Shown here piece after piece: positions 61,337 to 64,000 of a DNA stretch of 64,000 nt; within the stretch, counting starts at the first letter, position 1, and every line of letters begins with the position of its first letter. The DNA comes from Nitrosopumilus sp. (GTDB taxonomy: Archaea; Thermoproteota; Nitrososphaeria; Nitrososphaerales; Nitrosopumilaceae), in NCBI GenBank assembly GCA_965223425.1, contig OZ245003.1, forward strand, positions 1,376,001-1,440,000. Reading direction: 5' to 3'. The notes beneath the pieces were generated by a model. That model was not told the origin of the DNA. It saw nothing but the letters and a program-made list of their open reading frames with translations, and did not search any database. A program made the translations under genes and the position numbers.

Positions 61337-62470
61337 TCATCTAAATTTCACGTATGCCTTTTCAAAAACCTCAAGCGATCCTTCTATGTCCTTGCCTGAC
61401 AGCCATGCCGTGACTGAGATTCTCAGCCTTGCCTGGCCTTTTGGAACGGTGGGATATCTTATTGGCTGCGCAAATATTTTGTTGTTGAACAAAAACCTTC
61501 CAAAATTAACGGCTGCTTTTTCGCTTCCAACAACTATTGGGATTATGTGGGTCTGAGATCTTATTTCAAACCCGATCTGTCTTAACCCCTTTAGGATTTG
61601 CGATGTGTTTTTTTCTAGTTTTTTCTTTTGCTTTTCTCTGTTAGAGCTGAGCCTTTTGAATGAATAGTCCACCAGAAAAGACGGAAGCGCAGACGTATAG
61701 ATAAATGGCTTTGACTTGTTAATGCATAAATCAACCACGCTGTTCTTTGATGCGACATATCCTCCAAATGATCCCAGTCCTTTGCTCAGACTGCTAATGT
61801 ACAAATCAATCCTCCTTGAAACATTAAAGTAATCTGGCGTGCCTTTTCCGTCTTTTCCAACGACAAAATCGCCATGTGCATCATCTATGACCGTTATTCC
61901 GTTTGATTTTTCTGAAATTTCAGTGATCTGTTTTAAAGACGAAAAGTCCCCATCCATGCTAAATACCCCCTCGGTGATGACAAACCTGTTTTTTCCGTTC
62001 TGCCTTATTTTTTTTTCCAAGTCTTCCATGTCATTGTGTCTGTAAACCAAAACCCTGGCCCCTGACAGCCTGCATGACTCGATTATGCTTGCGTGATTTA
62101 GCTCATCACTTAGAATCAAATCGCCTTTTTGTGCAACTGACGAGATTGCTCCAAGATTTGCCATGTAGCCTGTGGGGTATACCAAGCTGCTCTGCTGCGA
62201 TTTGTGCTTTGCAAGACTCTCTTCTAGTTTTTTGTATGACTGATCATTTCCAGATACCAGCCTTGAGCTTGACTGAAGCTGTCTGATCTGCATCTTTGTA
62301 GTCGGGATTCCCAGATAGTCATTTGAGCACAAATTGAGAAGCTTTTTTCCGTTAATTGCGATGTATGCGCCCCGGGATTTCCCATACTGTAATTTCCTGT
62401 ATAGATCATTTTTTTTGATCCTCTCCAACTCCGAATCAACAAAACCTAGATGATTATGCTTTGAGGCCAA
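61337..62470 (-). CDS. bioF: 8-amino-7-oxononanoate synthase
   Basis: SNDYLG, DELNHASII, EGVFSMDGD, DDAH, SLSK. Confidence 0.93.
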   Translation of the reverse strand: MASKHNHLGFVDSELERIKKNDLYRKLQYGKSRGAYIAINGKKLLNLCSNDYLGIPTTKMQIRQLQSSSRLVSGNDQSYKKLEESLAKHKSQQSSLVYPTGYMANLGAISSVAQKGDLILSDELNHASIIESCRLSGARVLVYRHNDMEDLEKKIRQNGKNRFVITEGVFSMDGDFSSLKQITEISEKSNGITVIDDAHGDFVVGKDGKGTPDYFNVSRRIDLYISSLSKGLGSFGGYVASKNSVVDLCINKSKPFIYTSALPSFLVDYSFKRLSSNREKQKKKLEKNTSQILKGLRQIGFEIRSQTHIIPIVVGSEKAAVNFGRFLFNNKIFAQPIRYPTVPKGQARLRISVTAWLSGKDIEGSLEVFEKAYVKFR

Positions 62471-63431
62471 TTTTCTCTATCATTTTACGGTCTTTTTTTG
62501 CCTCGTTTCCGCCCATGGTCAGGTATCCTGCGGTAATAATCCCGTTTGCGCCGCTTTGAAGCAGCTCTTCTCCCGAATCATCCAGACTTGTTTCTCTTCC
62601 GCCAGAAATTTTAATCACAGACTCGGGTAAAAGAAACCGCATAACAGAAAACATTCTGATGATCTCAGAATTTGAAAGCTCCGTTTGTAATTCAAGGGGC
62701 GTTCCCGGAATTGGAACCAGCATGTTAATTGTAACCTCTTCGGGAAACAGTCTTGCCAGTTCCAGCGACAGCTCTAATCTTTGTGCCCTTGTCTCGCCTA
62801 ACCCGATGATTCCCCCCGTGCAAAGCTCCAACCCCGCATCTCTTGCAATCTTTAGTGTTTCCAGCCTATCCTCATATGTGTGGGTGGTGCAAATCTCTGG
62901 GAATTTTGATTTTGCAGTCTCCAAATTGTGGTTGTATCTTTTTACCTTGAGCTCTTTTAATTTGCCTGCCTGTTCTTTTGTAAGAAAGCCCAAGCTGCAT
63001 TCAACATCAATTCCAACTTTTTCATTAACCTCTGTAATTATTTCACATACCTTGAGAAAGTCTTTTGGCGTTGGCCCTCCCCATGCTGCCACCAAGCAAT
63101 AGGACTCTGCACCCTCTTCTTTTGCCTTCACTGCTTTTTGAACCACTTCTTCTGGAGTTGGCAGCTGGTATGTCTCAATTCCTGTGTCAAAAAATGCAGA
63201 CTGCCCGCAAAAAGTACAGTCTTCACTGCACGCATTTTTTTTGATGTTGTTTAATTGCTCGACGTCGACCTTGCTTCCGTTAAAATCCCTGGTGATCTCA
63301 TTGGCACGTGTTGCTAGCTCTTTAAGATCTTCATCTGGGACGTCAAATAATTTCTTGGCATCCTCTGATGAAATTCCGTCTCCAGAAAATACTTTTTCTT
63401 GGCAGTCCCTAATAAGTTGCAGAGCGCTCAT
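62454..63431 (-). CDS. bioB: Biotin synthase
   Basis: CSEDCTFCGQS radical-SAM motif, YNHNLET. Confidence 0.96.
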   Translation of the reverse strand: MSALQLIRDCQEKVFSGDGISSEDAKKLFDVPDEDLKELATRANEITRDFNGSKVDVEQLNNIKKNACSEDCTFCGQSAFFDTGIETYQLPTPEEVVQKAVKAKEEGAESYCLVAAWGGPTPKDFLKVCEIITEVNEKVGIDVECSLGFLTKEQAGKLKELKVKRYNHNLETAKSKFPEICTTHTYEDRLETLKIARDAGLELCTGGIIGLGETRAQRLELSLELARLFPEEVTINMLVPIPGTPLELQTELSNSEIIRMFSVMRFLLPESVIKISGGRETSLDDSGEELLQSGANGIITAGYLTMGGNEAKKDRKMIEKIGLKA

Positions 63432-63506
63432 ATATCCTCATTCTAAACAATTCCAATTTATAACAATAATGGAAAGGTTAACCTAGAGGCGTGTTGGGGT
63501 TAACAC

Positions 63507-64000
63507 TCAAATCACCTGTGATCTTGCCGCTTTGATGGTCATGATTGTTCGGTCTAGAAGCAAGTTTAGCTCATTTTCTGATATTGCCAGGGGCGGTACA
63601 AGCATGACTATGTTCCCAAGCGTGCGAAGGTATATCCCGTGTTTCTTGCCTTCCTCAAAGAATATCTTGTTGGTTGATTTTTTGGGGCAGATGGGCGTTT
63701 TTTTCTGCCTGTCTGAGACCAGTTCAATTCCCATAAGCATTCCCTTATGCCGTATGTCACCCACAATGTCGATCTCCGAAATCTCCTGATAGAATTTTTC
63801 AAAAACTTTTGATGTTCTTTGAATTTTTTTAATCAACTTGTTTTTTTGGTACAGCATCAGATTCTCATTTGCAACTGCAGCCGCAATGGGATTTCCTGTA
63901 TATGTGTGGCCATGAAACAGGTGTTTCTGATCGTTAAACTCCCCTAAAAACGAATCATAAATTTTTTTGCCAGCCAGGGTTGCAGCCATTGTAAGATATC
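63507..64000 (-). CDS. bioA: Adenosylmethionine-8-amino-7-oxononanoate aminotransferase (5' part outside window)
   Basis: FHGHTYTGNPIAAA; adjacent to bioB/bioF. Confidence 0.9.
   Translation of the reverse strand, partial: YLTMAATLAGKKIYDSFLGEFNDQKHLFHGHTYTGNPIAAAVANENLMLYQKNKLIKKIQRTSKVFEKFYQEISEIDIVGDIRHKGMLMGIELVSDRQKKTPICPKKSTNKIFFEEGKKHGIYLRTLGNIVMLVPPLAISENELNLLLDRTIMTIKAARSQVI

Overview
64 kb of an IS-rich thaumarchaeal genome. The Nitrosopumilaceae-like assignment is inferred from the r-protein order, psmA, a cdvB-like ESCRT-III gene and the bio genes; a host-associated lifestyle is only a guess from IS load. Layout: (1) 1-19 kb is an accessory zone with ISH3, IS630, IS5 and IS66 elements (two nested), a decayed type I-B cas1-cas2 remnant without an array, a Met/Asp/Glu-repeat solute-binding protein and a membrane-anchored NucS-like nuclease. 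(2) About 18.7-34 kb is a defence island ending at tRNA-Asn. It holds decayed TA pairs, a tyrosine recombinase, a divergent TBP and a type I R-M locus (hsdS-hsdM-hsdR-nuclease) faced by a second, inverted, C-terminally truncated hsdS. (3) 34.5-44.8 kb is the core S10/spc-type r-protein cluster plus psmA. (4) 45-58.5 kb is a second accessory zone with small genes separated by a 35-bp repeat, a membrane-anchored ArsR/metalloprotease module with twin palindromes, TA genes and IS elements. (5) 58.5-64 kb holds cdvB-like, redoxin, ccdA and bioF/B/A. Top candidate for an undescribed system: an invertible (shufflon-type, phase-variable) type I R-M locus in an archaeon, with three pairs of inverted repeats bracketing four target-recognition domains and a recombinase nearby. 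All calls come from reading the sequence; no searches were run. Several frameshifts lie in homopolymers and may be sequencing errors.
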